Below are positions 1 through 12,606 of a stretch of DNA of 64,000 nucleotides, piece after piece. The first letter of the stretch is position 1; every line of letters starts with the position of its first letter. The position numbers were made by a program, and so were the translations under genes. This stretch comes from Balanoglossus misakiensis (taxonomy: Eukaryota > Animalia > Hemichordata), in the NCBI GenBank assembly GCA_040954595.2, contig CM082576.2, positions 15,609,028 through 15,673,027 of the forward strand. Direction: 5' to 3'. The notes under the pieces are model-generated. The model did not search any database, was not told where the DNA came from, and saw only the letters and a list, made by a program, of their open reading frames with translations.

Positions 1-95
1 TCTCTACAGTGGTTACAAATCTTTACAAAACGCGCATAATTTATCAAGTAGTTTATATATAAGATTATCGCAGATTAGCCGCACAACTCGCAACT

Positions 96-2722
96 ATGGC
101 TGGCCTGACAAGCTGTAAAATGGTACGGGATTGTCGTGAAATACCTTTGACGTTAGCGAGCATTGGTACATTCGTGATGTTGTCGATAACATTACTGCAG
201 CAAGCAGGTAAGACACTAATTTTGGGTTTTGCATCTTCAGAAAGTTTGAAGTTCCTCAAAACAGGGGCTCATCACAAATCTTATTTTTTGTGATTGTTTA
301 AAATGATTTTTATAAGAATAACGATTTGATTTCCAGGTTGCGTCACGTACCACGTTTTCGAGCCGATGGATCACCCTTCTGCCTACAATTTTTGTGAGCA
401 ATTAGGTCTTCGCCTTGTTAAAGATGACAGCGAAGAAAAACACACAGCTATAGTAAACAATTTAATCGAACGAGACATTCTAGGAAACATATTCTGGATA
501 GATGCTCGACTGATTGACAGCGGACGCGTAGTCACAAGAGACGGGGAAATTTTGACTCACAAGTCCAGCAGTACAGATTTTTCAGAGAAAAATGGAGAGT
601 GTCTCGCAATGGCGTGAGTTAAGCGTTTTGAAACTATATTCAAATATGAAGAAATGTGTGTTTTTTTTGCTTATTATAATACAGCTAAACTTGAAGCAAT
701 CATTCTGTGTCATGCGCAGAAGCTCAGAATGGAAAATCAGTAGGGACAGAGTTGATTGACATTTTAAAGACATGCAGATGCTACAATGGACAATATCTTC
801 GGATCACAATTTTATCTCTTTTGTAATTGCGTACACATGTGTCCTATCATGGAAAATTTCAATTCGGAAACTGTGAGATATGTCCATTTTACCGTTGAAC
901 AAAAACCTTTCTCTGCAAAATGTGGTAAAACAATCTAACTCTTATTTATTTATATCTTTCTGCCAATTTTAGATCATGTAGACTGAATTCTTCATTTTCT
1001 TTGGATCTTAGTCAAAAGTTAAGGAGAAATGCAGAAAACGTTTTGCAGTATATATTATGGGTGTTAGGGGTGTACGGGTTGACTGGCGTTAATGTGCGAC
1101 GATAAAATATACTTACTTGAAGTTTTAATTCCCAGAATTGGCACATGGCAAAATCAAGATTGCAACAGTACTGTAGTGGAAGCTTTATGTGAAAATGCTA
1201 GTAAGTTATATTTGCCACTTAGTGTACCTTATGACTGATCTACCTATCCTGGTTTGTTCAAGTCGGAAGAAATATTGTTGTTTTTATGTATTTTATAACA
1301 GGTTGCATCTTAATTAGGTGACACAATCACCTCATTTATTTGTAAAAACAGGTATTTGGTTCATTTTCAGAATACTAGATAATTATCGGTGTATTTCGCC
1401 GTTTTCCTTGAATACAGACGTAAAATAAAGGCTTAATTAGAGACCCCAAATCAAAATAGACATTAATTTTATTTTAAATGAAATTAATTACGTTTTTTTA
1501 TCACATTTGCAGCTTCTTTCGACTTAACTACGACTATCGGGACCGTAGCGGATGCATACCAGCTATGTGAAAAGTTGGGGTTACGTCTTCTAACCGACAC
1601 AACTGAATGGAAACTTGAGCATTACTGTGGATTCATTCCATGGTGGAGATACTACTGGATTGATGCTATCATCACAGCAGATGGCAATGTCAAGACAGCC
1701 AGCGGTTTAATATTGGAACACACGCATTTTGCGCCCAACCAGGCTTTTGAAGTCGGATCGTGTATTTATGTACTGTGAGTCGCTCTTAGTTCACGCTATT
1801 TTGCGCGTTGCTAGAACAGTATATGTTTTTTCCATTCCTTTCATGCCTTTAACTAGCTCTCATAGGCATTGGAACTTGCGAGATTACATTGGAGAAACGA
1901 TAGCAGTTAAATGTGTGTATGCTTGTTACAACACGTGTTTCTTATCTTAAAGGTTACAATCAGTATTTTTGCACTATTATCAACTTAATCTGGCATATCG
2001 TCTGAATTGCAAAGCATGATATGAATGATACTTTACAGCTAACGCTGATTGCATTACAATTACAACATGTGCCTTACAACATGAAGACAGTGGATGTAAG
2101 AAAGTAATTGGAACCCTGTCCATGTCAAGTTTGAGTTTTTATATTGAATGATTTTGGAAAACTAAGCCAGGATTAATAATTTTATTCAAATAATGCAAAA
2201 TGTGGCCTTATGACCAACCCGCATTCTGTAGAGATCACTATTGACACTGTACAGTAATCATTGTACAAGTCTTAAACAATACTTTGTTATACAGATGTGG
2301 CAAAATTGGTAATGTTGGTTGGTTCACTGAAGACTGCAGTGAAGATGAAAGGGTTATTTGCGAGGATAAAAGTAAGTAGTTGTGACATCAGCCTTTCCTG
2401 CATAGTTGACCACCTGTGTACAATGTAGTTTTGTGGCATGTATACATTCCACATATGTCATGATACATGGGAAGTCGACAAATGCATACGCATAGTATAA
2501 ATACATTTATCCGCGTGTAAGACAGTCGCATTAACTTTTGCTGCTTCAATTCTTTGGAATAATCTTCCACTCACCATTCGCCAGGCACTTATCTGTTTTT
2601 AAATCAAATGTTAAAACTTTACTTTTTAAATCTGCTTTTTAGCCATTTGTTGTAGTGTTATTTTTGCTTTTAGCGTCATTGATCACATTTTTTGTGGATA
2701 CTGACGCTATATAAATAAATTA

Positions 2723-2792
<70 letters not shown>

Positions 2793-4308
2793 GTTAAGGG
2801 GTTTAAAGAATTATATAAACAATTTATCAATTTAATAAGCACAGGTGTATTTTCTGTACAATCATTCCTGATTCTTCAGATTCATAATTTAGCGCTAAAG
2901 ACATCATTATTCAAAGTGGCCTATATCTAAATTTGCAGACGTTTCAACGCTTTCGGTTGAAGATTTTCTACATATTCACAAAAAGACCACGGGTATTGTT
3001 AACACTATTTAAAACCTTGTTACCCGGTGAGTCTTCGCTCGAAACCCAACGGGAGTTGGAGAACGAGTTTATTTACGTACAACATTGTAGCAATTTTTCG
3101 TATTTTTGCGCGCGCTCTGAAATCACGCGATGCCAACTGAGTGTGAACCAGCTGTTTCGCGTCGTGTTGTCTGCCCAGTTTTCGTGGCTAAAACGACAGG
3201 AATAATATCCCAGTTGGCTTTAGAATTGCACATATCGTGAGATATGAGCGCCATAGTAACCGCAGATATCGTGGAACAGGAAGGTTAGTGTTAAAATCAT
3301 TGTTTTTAATCGAAATATTGTCCTCTGAGTTATGGCTTATGCTACGTTTGTGTCGGTGTCAAACGGACGCAATGTTTACACGGCAGCAAAATAAAACCGG
3401 AGAAATGAAGAAATGTTATCACGATACTTTGGATTTCGTGTTATTATTTCTCGGGAATTTTATTGTTTTCTCAGACGAGGTGACAGGACAGACACACGAG
3501 GCATCTCGCGGTTCCGTTTTCAATGTTGAATTTTATGTTTTGACTGCATTTGCGTGTCTGCTGACAGGTCTTCGCATTCATCAGAAGCTATCGTGCGTCG
3601 CTGAGATGTGATCGTTCATAAAAAAAATATTTCATAAATTTAGAAGTTTGCAGACTTTTCTGCTAGTTGTCTATTTAGTGTTGAAGTCACGCTGAACTGC
3701 CAAATTTAACACAGACTCGCCGTCAACACTCAAAAAGTGTACTTCTTCTACGAGTGTGTCCTGTAACTGCCTTCCTTCGATAACCGTACAACAACAAATA
3801 GACGGTAAACGTTTATGCAATACCAATGGATTTATGTTTTAAAACTGGTCGACAGTCAGGAAATATGCATGACCAATCGATTGATTGGATTCCCCAGCGA
3901 TACTATTCGGCAGGCTGCATTGCCAGTTGTTCTGCACATGCGCAGTTCCTCTGTCTTGAAAGAAAAGTCAAATTTCACCAACTTATAAATGTGCATTCGG
4001 AAAATAAACCCCAAATGTTTTCTTTGTGACCAAAAATACTGCCAGTGTGATTTTGTGTTCAAATCCAACCTATTATTATTTAAATTGACTTGGGATAGTA
4101 CTGATACCCTCTCTTAGCACAAAAAGCTTAATTTCAGCCCAAAATGGTTGCCATAGAAACATGTGATCACTAAACGGATATCATTTTTGTTCTTATTGAG
4201 CCAAGATACCCCTATGGTGAAATTTTTGTGGAAATCGGACCTATTATTATTAAAATTATTATTTTTATATAATCCTTTATTTTATTTATTTATTTATTTA
4301 ATTTATTA

Positions 4309-4349
<41 letters not shown>

Positions 4350-7300
4350 GAATATCAAAATGTATAACGGACCATTACTTGCTGCTTTCGGTAAATGGAT
4401 AATTGAAACAAAAGTTGTACTGTGCCGCCACAAGGCACATAAGCTGCAACGTTTGGGATAATTATCATAATTTTTGTTTCAAACTGTACTACCATTAGTC
4501 CATGCAGATGAAGGCAGTGAACTATACACAAGCATCATAAACCCTAAATATGAGTGCATATGCAAGTTTTAACCAGATAAATAATAAAGCTTTGACGCAA
4601 GCAAATATGGCCGTCACCAAGGGAAAATGCAAGAAACAATGAAAATGTTGCATTTCCGGTTATGAAACTTCATAAACAAAACATGATCTCATCCACTTCA
4701 GCTCATGGAAGTATATGTACACCGCTGAGACATTATATTTTCCTTTTTTATTGTAATATTGCACTTTTTTAACAATTGTAGGAATTTTCGTTTTTTTCTT
4801 TAATTTTGGTCATTTTGTCATAAATAAGTGTTGAGCTTGATATACTATCATGAAATATAATTTAATAGACATAATTAAAAGAATATATGAGATTATTTAA
4901 AATTTAATTTTTTTTATCCAGTTGGAGCTAATGTACATTCTGTTGGGTTCTATAGGGTGAAACTCTAAATAATAATCAAGTTGTTTGAAGAGCATATTCG
5001 TCTGCTTGCCTTTACGTGTGTCATCCTAGAACCGTGTACATACATTCAATGTATGTAATTATAAATGTATACAAATGTGTACGCATGATAACACACTTAT
5101 CCGCGTGGAAGGGAGTCGAATTATAATGTCCAAATGTTTCATGGACAATATTTTCATGATTCGAGCGTTTAATCTCGCGATGACTTTTGTATGAGATTAT
5201 TTTTAACGATTTCATTAAGTATACACAGATAAAGACTGTCTTGACATGAAATGGAATTAATTAATATTAAACGTGTTGCTTCCGGTAAACAGATAAATTA
5301 AACAAAAGGGTGGCTTTGATCAACACAGTGTTTGCGTCATAACCAGTGGGGATTATGTATAAAACATATCTTGGACCAAATTAATGAAAAAAATCGGCAT
5401 ATTGACTTCTCATGAGTGCATATTTGATATGTGTTGAATGCCTAGCCTTTCATGCATTGTCTTCGCCAATGGATAATGCTAAAGTGTGGATTCTCAGAGG
5501 AGAACCTAGACTTGCTCCAAGTCTATGGGCTTCATTATGTGTATGGAACGCTACCCGAAACCACAAGCTCAGTCCCAAATTCGTAACTCAACTCATTACC
5601 AAAAACACGCTCAAGGCAAGCAGGCACGCAAAAAGTATTGTAATTATTTATTAAGACAAAAAAACACCGAAAACACAAAAAGTATTGAGATTTAAAAATC
5701 ACCAAGTGACTAGTGGGCTAGTCAAAGGAGAACCCTGCTGAAGGGGGCTCGGAAGTAGATCGCTATATGGTCACATTTTATTACCCTTGAACTTGGCAAG
5801 TTCGAACTTAAGTAAACACACAATAATTAATGCATATCATTTGCAACATTCAGATGATGACTTACTTCTGCTGCGGGAGAGCTTGGTCAAGATAAGTGAC
5901 GAAGAATTCAGAACAGCAGATGTGGTAAGAAAGGTGCCAATCATTTGAGATTGATGTAATGCACTGTAGTGTATAAAGCCACAAGTTAGCGAAATCCACT
6001 TAAACGTACTTTATTAAAGGTCTTTATGGGATATGACTATTTTGTGACAACAGAAGCCACATACTGAATAGCTGTATTTTCTTTTGCCAGGGTATTAGTG
6101 TAATTGACAAGGTGGACACTTTAACCTCTGACCTTTCAAATAAAAGCGTCATATTTGAAGGAAGAATTATATTGGCAAAAGGTATTGTGATCTTTTTTAT
6201 TTAAAACCATAAGGAGTCTGAGACGTCAGTATGCATTTCAACACCGTCCACATTAAATATCAGCCAATGATGTAAATACGATAATGGTATCATACGCAGA
6301 AATGTAGAACCTTACAATCCGTAAGCGTATCAAAAATGTGTCAAAAGTATATGGTGACCGTCAAATATGTTATTTTCAGAAAAATTGAGCATCGGACAAT
6401 TCCTAAAAGCTGATGGATACGAAAAATGAGACACACTTATTATCAACCGGCGTATGATGCAATAGCCGATGCAGACCGACAGAGCGAGAAAGTTTTAAAT
6501 GTCAATAATTATATATTTCAGAAACACTGAATGTTATGCAAAAAGTGATAGACAGAATGCAGTCCCTAATTGACGCCAATCCGAGCGAGAAGCTGAATCC
6601 TGGGCAGGCAAACCACCTGACAAAGATAACAACAAAAGTATTCCACCAGTTATCAATGTTTATACTGAACGAGACTACTTGTGGAGATGGACCAATCATC
6701 GCGAGAACATCTTCTCTTGTTCTGCATCTAGAAAAGAACTTTGTGCAGGACTTGTGCAACGTCTCCATAATGATTGGAGATGGAAGTGGATTTAGTATTC
6801 CACCAGCAGATATTATGTTTCCACAATTGTCATGGGACACAGTCGTGAACAGGATGGTTTGTATACAACGTCTATAATCAGAAGAAAAATATTTCATTTT
6901 CCATCATATACTGCTCTATTCTTGTATATTGATATTTGTATACCATTGGTCTTTAGGACTCTGCTGCCAGTAAACTATACTGTTTTTAAAGATGACCTTT
7001 GGTTTTATGTCGATACCTGTTGTTGTCTTCTTGTGTCATTATGCTCAAGAATAATTACGGTAATTTTTTTGCCTTTAGATTTTCCGTTTGGGTGTAAATC
7101 CCCACAGATTGGCAAATAAGACATATGGCTTTACTACCGATATACTGACCTTAGAATTCAGAGATGAAGATGGTAATGAGATTAAAGGTTGGTTTTCATT
7201 AAGGCCAGAAGTGGCATTCTAACATTCGTATGGAACTCGCAAAAATACTTGAAATGTTCGGGGGAAAGAAGTTGCCTCTCTGGAACGCCTTGTCTTAAGG

Positions 7301-8825
7301 GGTTATTGATTGGACATGGAGCATGTCCTGTGTCACCATTGTCGTAACGAAGCACCGTTTAAACTGGAAAAGGCGAATTCCTTCTTTAAAACAACTTTAC
7401 CTAGAAACCCAGCAACATACTTGTATACAAATACTCGCTCACAATTTCATCTTGAAGAGCGTAAGTAGATTAATGACCAATTTGTGAATTTCGTTTGAAA
7501 TCAGTTTGAATTATATCATAACATTTTTATATTCAGTGAAAAATGCATCAGAGGATCTCGGTGTATGGCTTGGTAATTATCAGACACCTATAAATGAAAG
7601 CATCGTCAGGGGATTATACGTGGAAAGTGAAGGAGTCACTCACTATGCATTGACAGTAACGGTAATCTTTTATGAAATTCACTGATCATTACATGTTTTC
7701 TGATCTAGTCTTTTACATAACCATTTGATCAACGGCGCAAAACTCAAACATGAGTATAAATGACATTGGTGCTATTTCAAACACAGTGTTATCTTTTACC
7801 TCACAAATTTCATTATGTGAAATTTATCTTGCGTCAATATATCATTATTTACGTTGCAGGCGCTATCGGCCTTCTCTGCATTTCAAATCACCATGGAAGC
7901 ATCAGCGCCTGTCTTCGAGACTACTACAGCATACGTGTCACTGGAAAGCCTTGACGCCGTCGTTGGCTACAGTGGTTTCCATTATGTAACTGACTTGGTA
8001 TTTGAAGGGTGTACAGCATCCATATTTCTACCAGAAGCAAACATCACCAGGACGGGCTTGTATTACATAGCTTTTGACCTTACCAGTGGTAAGATTGTGG
8101 TATTTACATAATTAATACAATTATTGCACAATGATCGTTGATTGAAACACATAGTTGTGTTTTCTTTTCTTTTTTGCTGTTTATGCTACTTTTTAATTTC
8201 AAAAATGAACATGCATATGTAGAAAGTTATGCTACGATCTTGCGGTTTTAATATAGAGCTCCCTTTTTTTTTTCAATTTTACTATTTTTAAATTAGATTA
8301 TCTTGTTTCCCTACAGCCCATGGGGTTGACATCAAGGTTCTCACTACTCAACACAGATGTAGCTACTTTGATGAGAATAATTGGCAGAATGATGGTTGTA
8401 AGGTATACAAATAATTTCTTCTAAATTTTGCAAACATTGAAATGCTCCATGTACTTGCGATTGATGAAATTTAAACAAGTGGCAATCAGTATGATTTCAG
8501 TGGGTACTGTGGATAAATATGCAACAAAAACTTAAAATGCAGAACAAGGTACTGCATCTTACAATTAATATTGACACATGGAAAATACCGTAAACATAAA
8601 AAATGTACTGATTCGCGTGAGGGCGCTTTTCCTTGTTTAAATTAACGCTGGGATGTGAACCAGGTGTTTGATCTTGTTTCACTTGCACAGAAACGCCCAC
8701 TGCCGTGTCAGTATGTATTTTTTCTGCTCGATTTTTTGCAGGTGTCACCAAAATCCGACTTCAATTCTACCCTGTGTCTGTGTAATCACCTGACTGTTTT
8801 CAGTGCAATGGTGGGAGTTGTTTAA
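96..8825 (+). CDS. Secreted C-type lectin (x2) + GAIN/GPS domain protein, polycystin-1-like (PKD1L/REJ-related) but lacking any TM region; ~640 aa, 13 exons
   Basis: GT-AG exons with consistent phases: 96-207, 337-613, 1136-1200, 1513-1774, 2295-2371, 5854-5924, 6091-6181, 6522-6856, 7079-7187, 7537-7661, 7860-8088, 8317-8402, 8742-8825 (1923 nt). Hydrophobic N-terminal signal (LTLASIGTFVMLSITLL). CTLD1: AYNFCEQLGLRLV..FWID..ECLAM|AIGTWQNQDC..LCE. CTLD2: AYQLCEKLGLRLL..YWID..SCIYV|LCG..WFTEDC..VICE. PKD1L-like FRLGVNPH..LTLEFRDEDGNEIKVKN. GPS: CSYFDENNWQNDGCK|VSPKSDFNSTLCLCNHLTVFSAMVGVV*. The start codon is uncertain because possible upstream acceptors lie at 1-9 and ~73. Confidence 0.85.
2536..2789 (+). 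mobile_element. 5'-truncated LINE (L2/CR1-clade) 3' end with (ATT)n tail
   Basis: Frameshifted ORF2 C-terminus FAASILWNNLPLTIRQA..VFKSNVKT..LFKSAF*, then a short 3' UTR ending gacgctatataaataaatt and (ATT)n at ~2723-2789. This is the typical L2-type tail. Confidence 0.75.
4283..4348. repeat. (ATTT)n/(ATT)n microsatellite inside a probable interspersed repeat remnant
   Basis: Directly visible AT-rich tandem repeats. The flanks (4070-4450) look repeat-like but I could not classify them. Confidence 0.7.
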
Positions 8826-9391
8826 TCTGACGGACGATGCCACGTTTAGCACAGGGGCGTCCGTTTGGTCTACAGATGTGACAAGATAAGCTTTTGGGAC
8901 GAGTTCTCTGGAGCAAATGTTTACCATTCAAAATGTTAGCATGTTTCTTTTAGACTTTATGAAGCAAGAAGTGCTCATTTAGCCTTTTTCGGAAATCGAG
9001 TTTTGTTGACAATGTATTAAATGTGAAAGGCATACATGTAGGTGTACGTTTAGCTAGAGGTGCCAACAGACTTGTCCGAAAGAGCAGCGTTTTGATGACA
9101 ATTAGATGTGTCGTTAAAAAGAATTTCTATTGCGTGCGTCTATGATTGATTTTGTTCATATAGTACGACATGATATTTATACATTTCTTTGTAATCTGCC
9201 AAGATAGGGTACATACATGTATACATTGATCAATGTTTCTGTTTTGTAATAACCAGTACTGTCACTTGCTATTGTAATAACCCGTAATTGTACTTGTCAT
9301 TAATTGGTTGAGTTAACGCATTATGTAATTAAACGAAGAAGGTGTATGTGCATGTGTTTGCCTTGGATTGCTCTGGATCATTCTGGTTGAC

Positions 9392-9471
9392 ATTAAAGTG
9401 TACACACTAGGGTCTATGTGTACACTTACTGTGCACTATGTTTGTATGGCGCCTTTTCCCCCACGAATAAA
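9392..9471 (+). terminator. Candidate polyadenylation signals of the CTL-GAIN gene
   Basis: ATTAAA at 9392-9397 and AATAAA at 9466-9471, ~0.6 kb after the stop codon. Confidence 0.4.
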
Positions 9472-9606
9472 CGGACAATTAATTGATGAAGCCCAAACAG
9501 CAACGACTGCGCCAGTTGTGCATATTTTCTCCTGAATAACTGTACTAAAACGTAAGAAGGGGGTGTATGTCGTATTTGGGTAAATTTTGCAGATACTTTT
9601 GTATAC

Positions 9607-11790
9607 CATATGTGCTGAATTCATACTCGCATATGTCCTCAGCAACATATCCCGCAGCAGAAGTAAGTCAATATCTGAATAATGCAAATGTTAAATGCAG
9701 ATGACATGAGAGGCGGTATAATATTACAAATTGTATTTCTAGCACTACAGAATTTGAGAATAAAAATGTGACCATAAATAAATTAAAGCCACTCTCCTAA
9801 AAGGCGGGTCTCGTCCCGAAATAGCCTTTGTTGATAAACATTACTTTTACCCACCATGCACTGCAGAACTTGTGTGCAAGCTGGAACAAGATGGCTGTGG
9901 TTTCTCTCGCATAAAGTCCAAAAAGGGGCCGTTGTACAAGTTGTGAGGCGTTTTGGAGCTTTTGGTCGTCCCATATGGATGAGGTGTGCTCGGTAACGGT
10001 TATCGGTCCACGAGTTTTGATTCAGAGACGGAAATTCTAGTCAAAATGACTGCCCAAAGATCGGTCGGGAATCGCCAGCTTTGCCCGGTATTTTGAGTGA
10101 GCAGGGCCGGCTGTGGTGAAGGTATCAGCCGTACGACACACAGCCCTGCCATGCACAGAGGTTGGTCTCCACAATCAGCCTTTTGCTTCACACTGAAGTT
10201 GAACATGAACCAAAATGTTTCTTTTAGTGATAAACCGTCCACTATTAAACAGTTCATCTGGGAAGTTTCGTGTATTTCTGACGGTGCGCCTTTATTTTGC
10301 GGCACAATTTTATGATGATCGATATATGCCCGTGTAGTATATACGTAGCGAATACGAGAGAAAATAGCTCGTATAAATGAAAACGGCAGACACCAAAGAC
10401 GGCCCACAACAAAATCGACCTCGCTACGTACTGTAAGCACACCTTGGTATAAACCTTAGCTCAGTTCTTTGTCAATGTATTAATCTTTTACAGTACATTT
10501 ATGTGTTTTAGCTGGCGTAAATCATCGCTGATCTGACCGCCTATTTGTAGGCCTATATCCGCACCTGAGCAATCGCTAGCAATTATCGCTGCCAATCCGA
10601 GCAGTTTTCTTCTCGGTTGATTACAAAGTCGTTCCCGTCGAACACCGTATATACTGGTACACAGTCGGTGACTGTGACTGGTAATTTGTACATCGTCATA
10701 AAATTTGCTTTCATCGCAGTCTTCCCCCATGAGCACGAGGCTTATTATCGTACACGGCAATGTTTGTTCTCTCTTCCGGGCCCAGCTTAGAAGCCGCCTG
10801 GTGTTCTGCGCACGTCAGCTGCACTGACCCAGCCAATCCACCAAGGACGGTACACATTGATTTGTTGATCAAGTTCATACACTACACACATCCGTACAAA
10901 AAAGTGAACCAGACACTAGTTATACGAGTTACCCTAACATAAACACAGTTTTATTTGCTTAGTCTTATAATTACATGTAGTTCAGCTATATAACAGTGGA
11001 AATTTCAACAGGGGCTGGAGACACATCTTTCCAATGTCAGCTTCAAGTTGAATTGTGACTTGTGACAGATTGATCTGAAAAAAAGATCGAGAAAAATATA
11101 TCAGCATGACCTAATATCATAAAAACTGAGAGAATGTCCTCGATAAAAAAAGAATTATATGACGAAGCCATACAAGGACATTGTCCAACACTAGCCTTGC
11201 GTACAGCGATGTGCGTTCCCGGGCAGTGTACAGCCTCCATCGTGTAATGACGGAAGGCCGCGTGAATTCTGGAACACACAGGAGGGCTACAACATAGTTC
11301 TTAGAGTGAGTAGCTTCAATGTAGGGGCCTACTTTTACCGGTAGTACACAGACAAGTGACGGACGAACCTCTCAACTGCCACAGACACTCACCTAGATCT
11401 GTTGTGGGCCGTACGGCTGTTTCTGTTGCTTGTGTTGTGTCCGATGTCAAACGCTGTTCAAAGCGATTGCGTGCTGCAGCGACTGGACAGAAGTGCTGGA
11501 CATCATGCGGTACACAGCCTTCTCTCACAAAAAATCAGAAAGGCTTTCGGCTTTGGAATTTGAACGGTGATCATAGTCTAAGAGTTATTCGTCATTCGCA
11601 CATAATTATGGGATTTCTGAGCTCGTCGCACGTCGCATTGCCAAAGAGTCCCACGCAAGGGCGCCCTCATAGGTTCATAAGTGACGAGCTTCGCCCTTTA
11701 AGGTCTAATCCAGGGCCCCTTGCCAGAGGGTTTACCTCTGGGATTCCGTATTGTAGCATTATTATTGACGTGGACAAGTGTAGCAACTGT
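9607..11790 (-). pseudogene. Decayed inverted paralogue of the CTL-GAIN gene
   Basis: 9607-9674 (-) reads cag|(D)IDLLLLRDMLLRTYASMNSAHM|gt, a nucleotide-level homologue of exon 5854-5924 (DDLLLLRESLVKISDEEFRTADV) with the same splice phases. Upstream segments give frameshifted CTLD-like motifs: 9855-10192 TFTTA..KYRAKLAIPD/NSWTD/IWDD; ~10700-10850 WWIGW..SW.EDCDESKFY; ~11600-11790 ATLVHVNNNAT..GPWI..PCVGLFGNATCDELRNPIIMCE. Confidence 0.55.
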
Positions 11791-11925
11791 GCTCGCCTCT
11801 GTCTGGCAATAATAGGCTTATCGTCGTCCAAAATTAAACCTTTACCGTCTGCAAAAGTTCAAACGATGCCAACCATCTTTTCCATCGCCATTCCGTCGCT
11901 GCATCTCCTGAACAATCAAATGTCG
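11775..11925 (-). mobile_element. Gypsy LTR retrotransposon gag N-terminal fragment
   Basis: With one frameshift: TFDCSGDAATEWRWKRWLASFELF/ADGKGLILDDDKPIIARQRRAQLLHL. This matches the FDCxGD..RWxRW..FELFADGKGL..RRAxLLH gag N-terminus typical of marine invertebrate Gypsy elements. Confidence 0.7.
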
Positions 11926-12606
11926 AGATGACGTTTTTTCTTGGGTCGTTCATGATGAAAAGCTTATACCATAGATTTCAGATGTCGATCCTCGTCGCCA
12001 CTATGATATATCGCCTGGATGGTTCAGATTAAACTGATGTGACTCGGATTTAACTCAACAGTCAACAAGTGTGCATTTATTGTATGGCTTCCATGAAGCT
12101 AAAGATGATAACAATATCCCATAATATTCGGATAATACGTGTACTTCAGTATACATCAGAACACGACAGTTGAGACAAGTCATTGTCAGCTAATGGTAAT
12201 ATAATATCAGCCGTTCACATAATTTCTCATAGGATCATTCGTTTGGTATTTTTTCAGTTAACAAAACAAAAAAAATCGTGTCTATAGTTTCACAGAAATG
12301 GCCGCGAGGCAAGATCGAATGCGTGCGACTGTACCTTCTTCATCATAAAAATTCTCACATTGTGATTTTATTCAATAGAATTAAACTCGTAACGATGCTT
12401 TTCCTCTATAATTCGTGGGTGAAATAAGAAATGACTCTTAAAATGAAGCACTCAAAATCTAGAAGAGTTCCAGCCAGCAATACGCCAGTCACTGAACTCG
12501 AATGGGGATATCGATGCGGTGCACGATAGCATCTCCGCGAAAATTTCACAGACGATTTTCTTTAGTTTGTAACCACGTGAGTGCAAAGTCTACAAAGCAT
12601 AACATG

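Noticed and set aside
2932-3660. 14-bp direct repeats (tttgcagacNtttc) as the TSD of a 700-bp insertion
   Set aside because: No TIR, polyA tail or coding signature between them. May be chance.
6380-6429. Alternative acceptor (ttttcag) for exon 8 of the CTL-GAIN gene
   Set aside because: Gives EKLSIGQFLKADGYEK* after 16 codons. The 6522 acceptor keeps the frame open.
11356-11931. 191-aa + strand ORF
   Set aside because: No recognisable motif. It is antisense to the gag and CTLD remnants.
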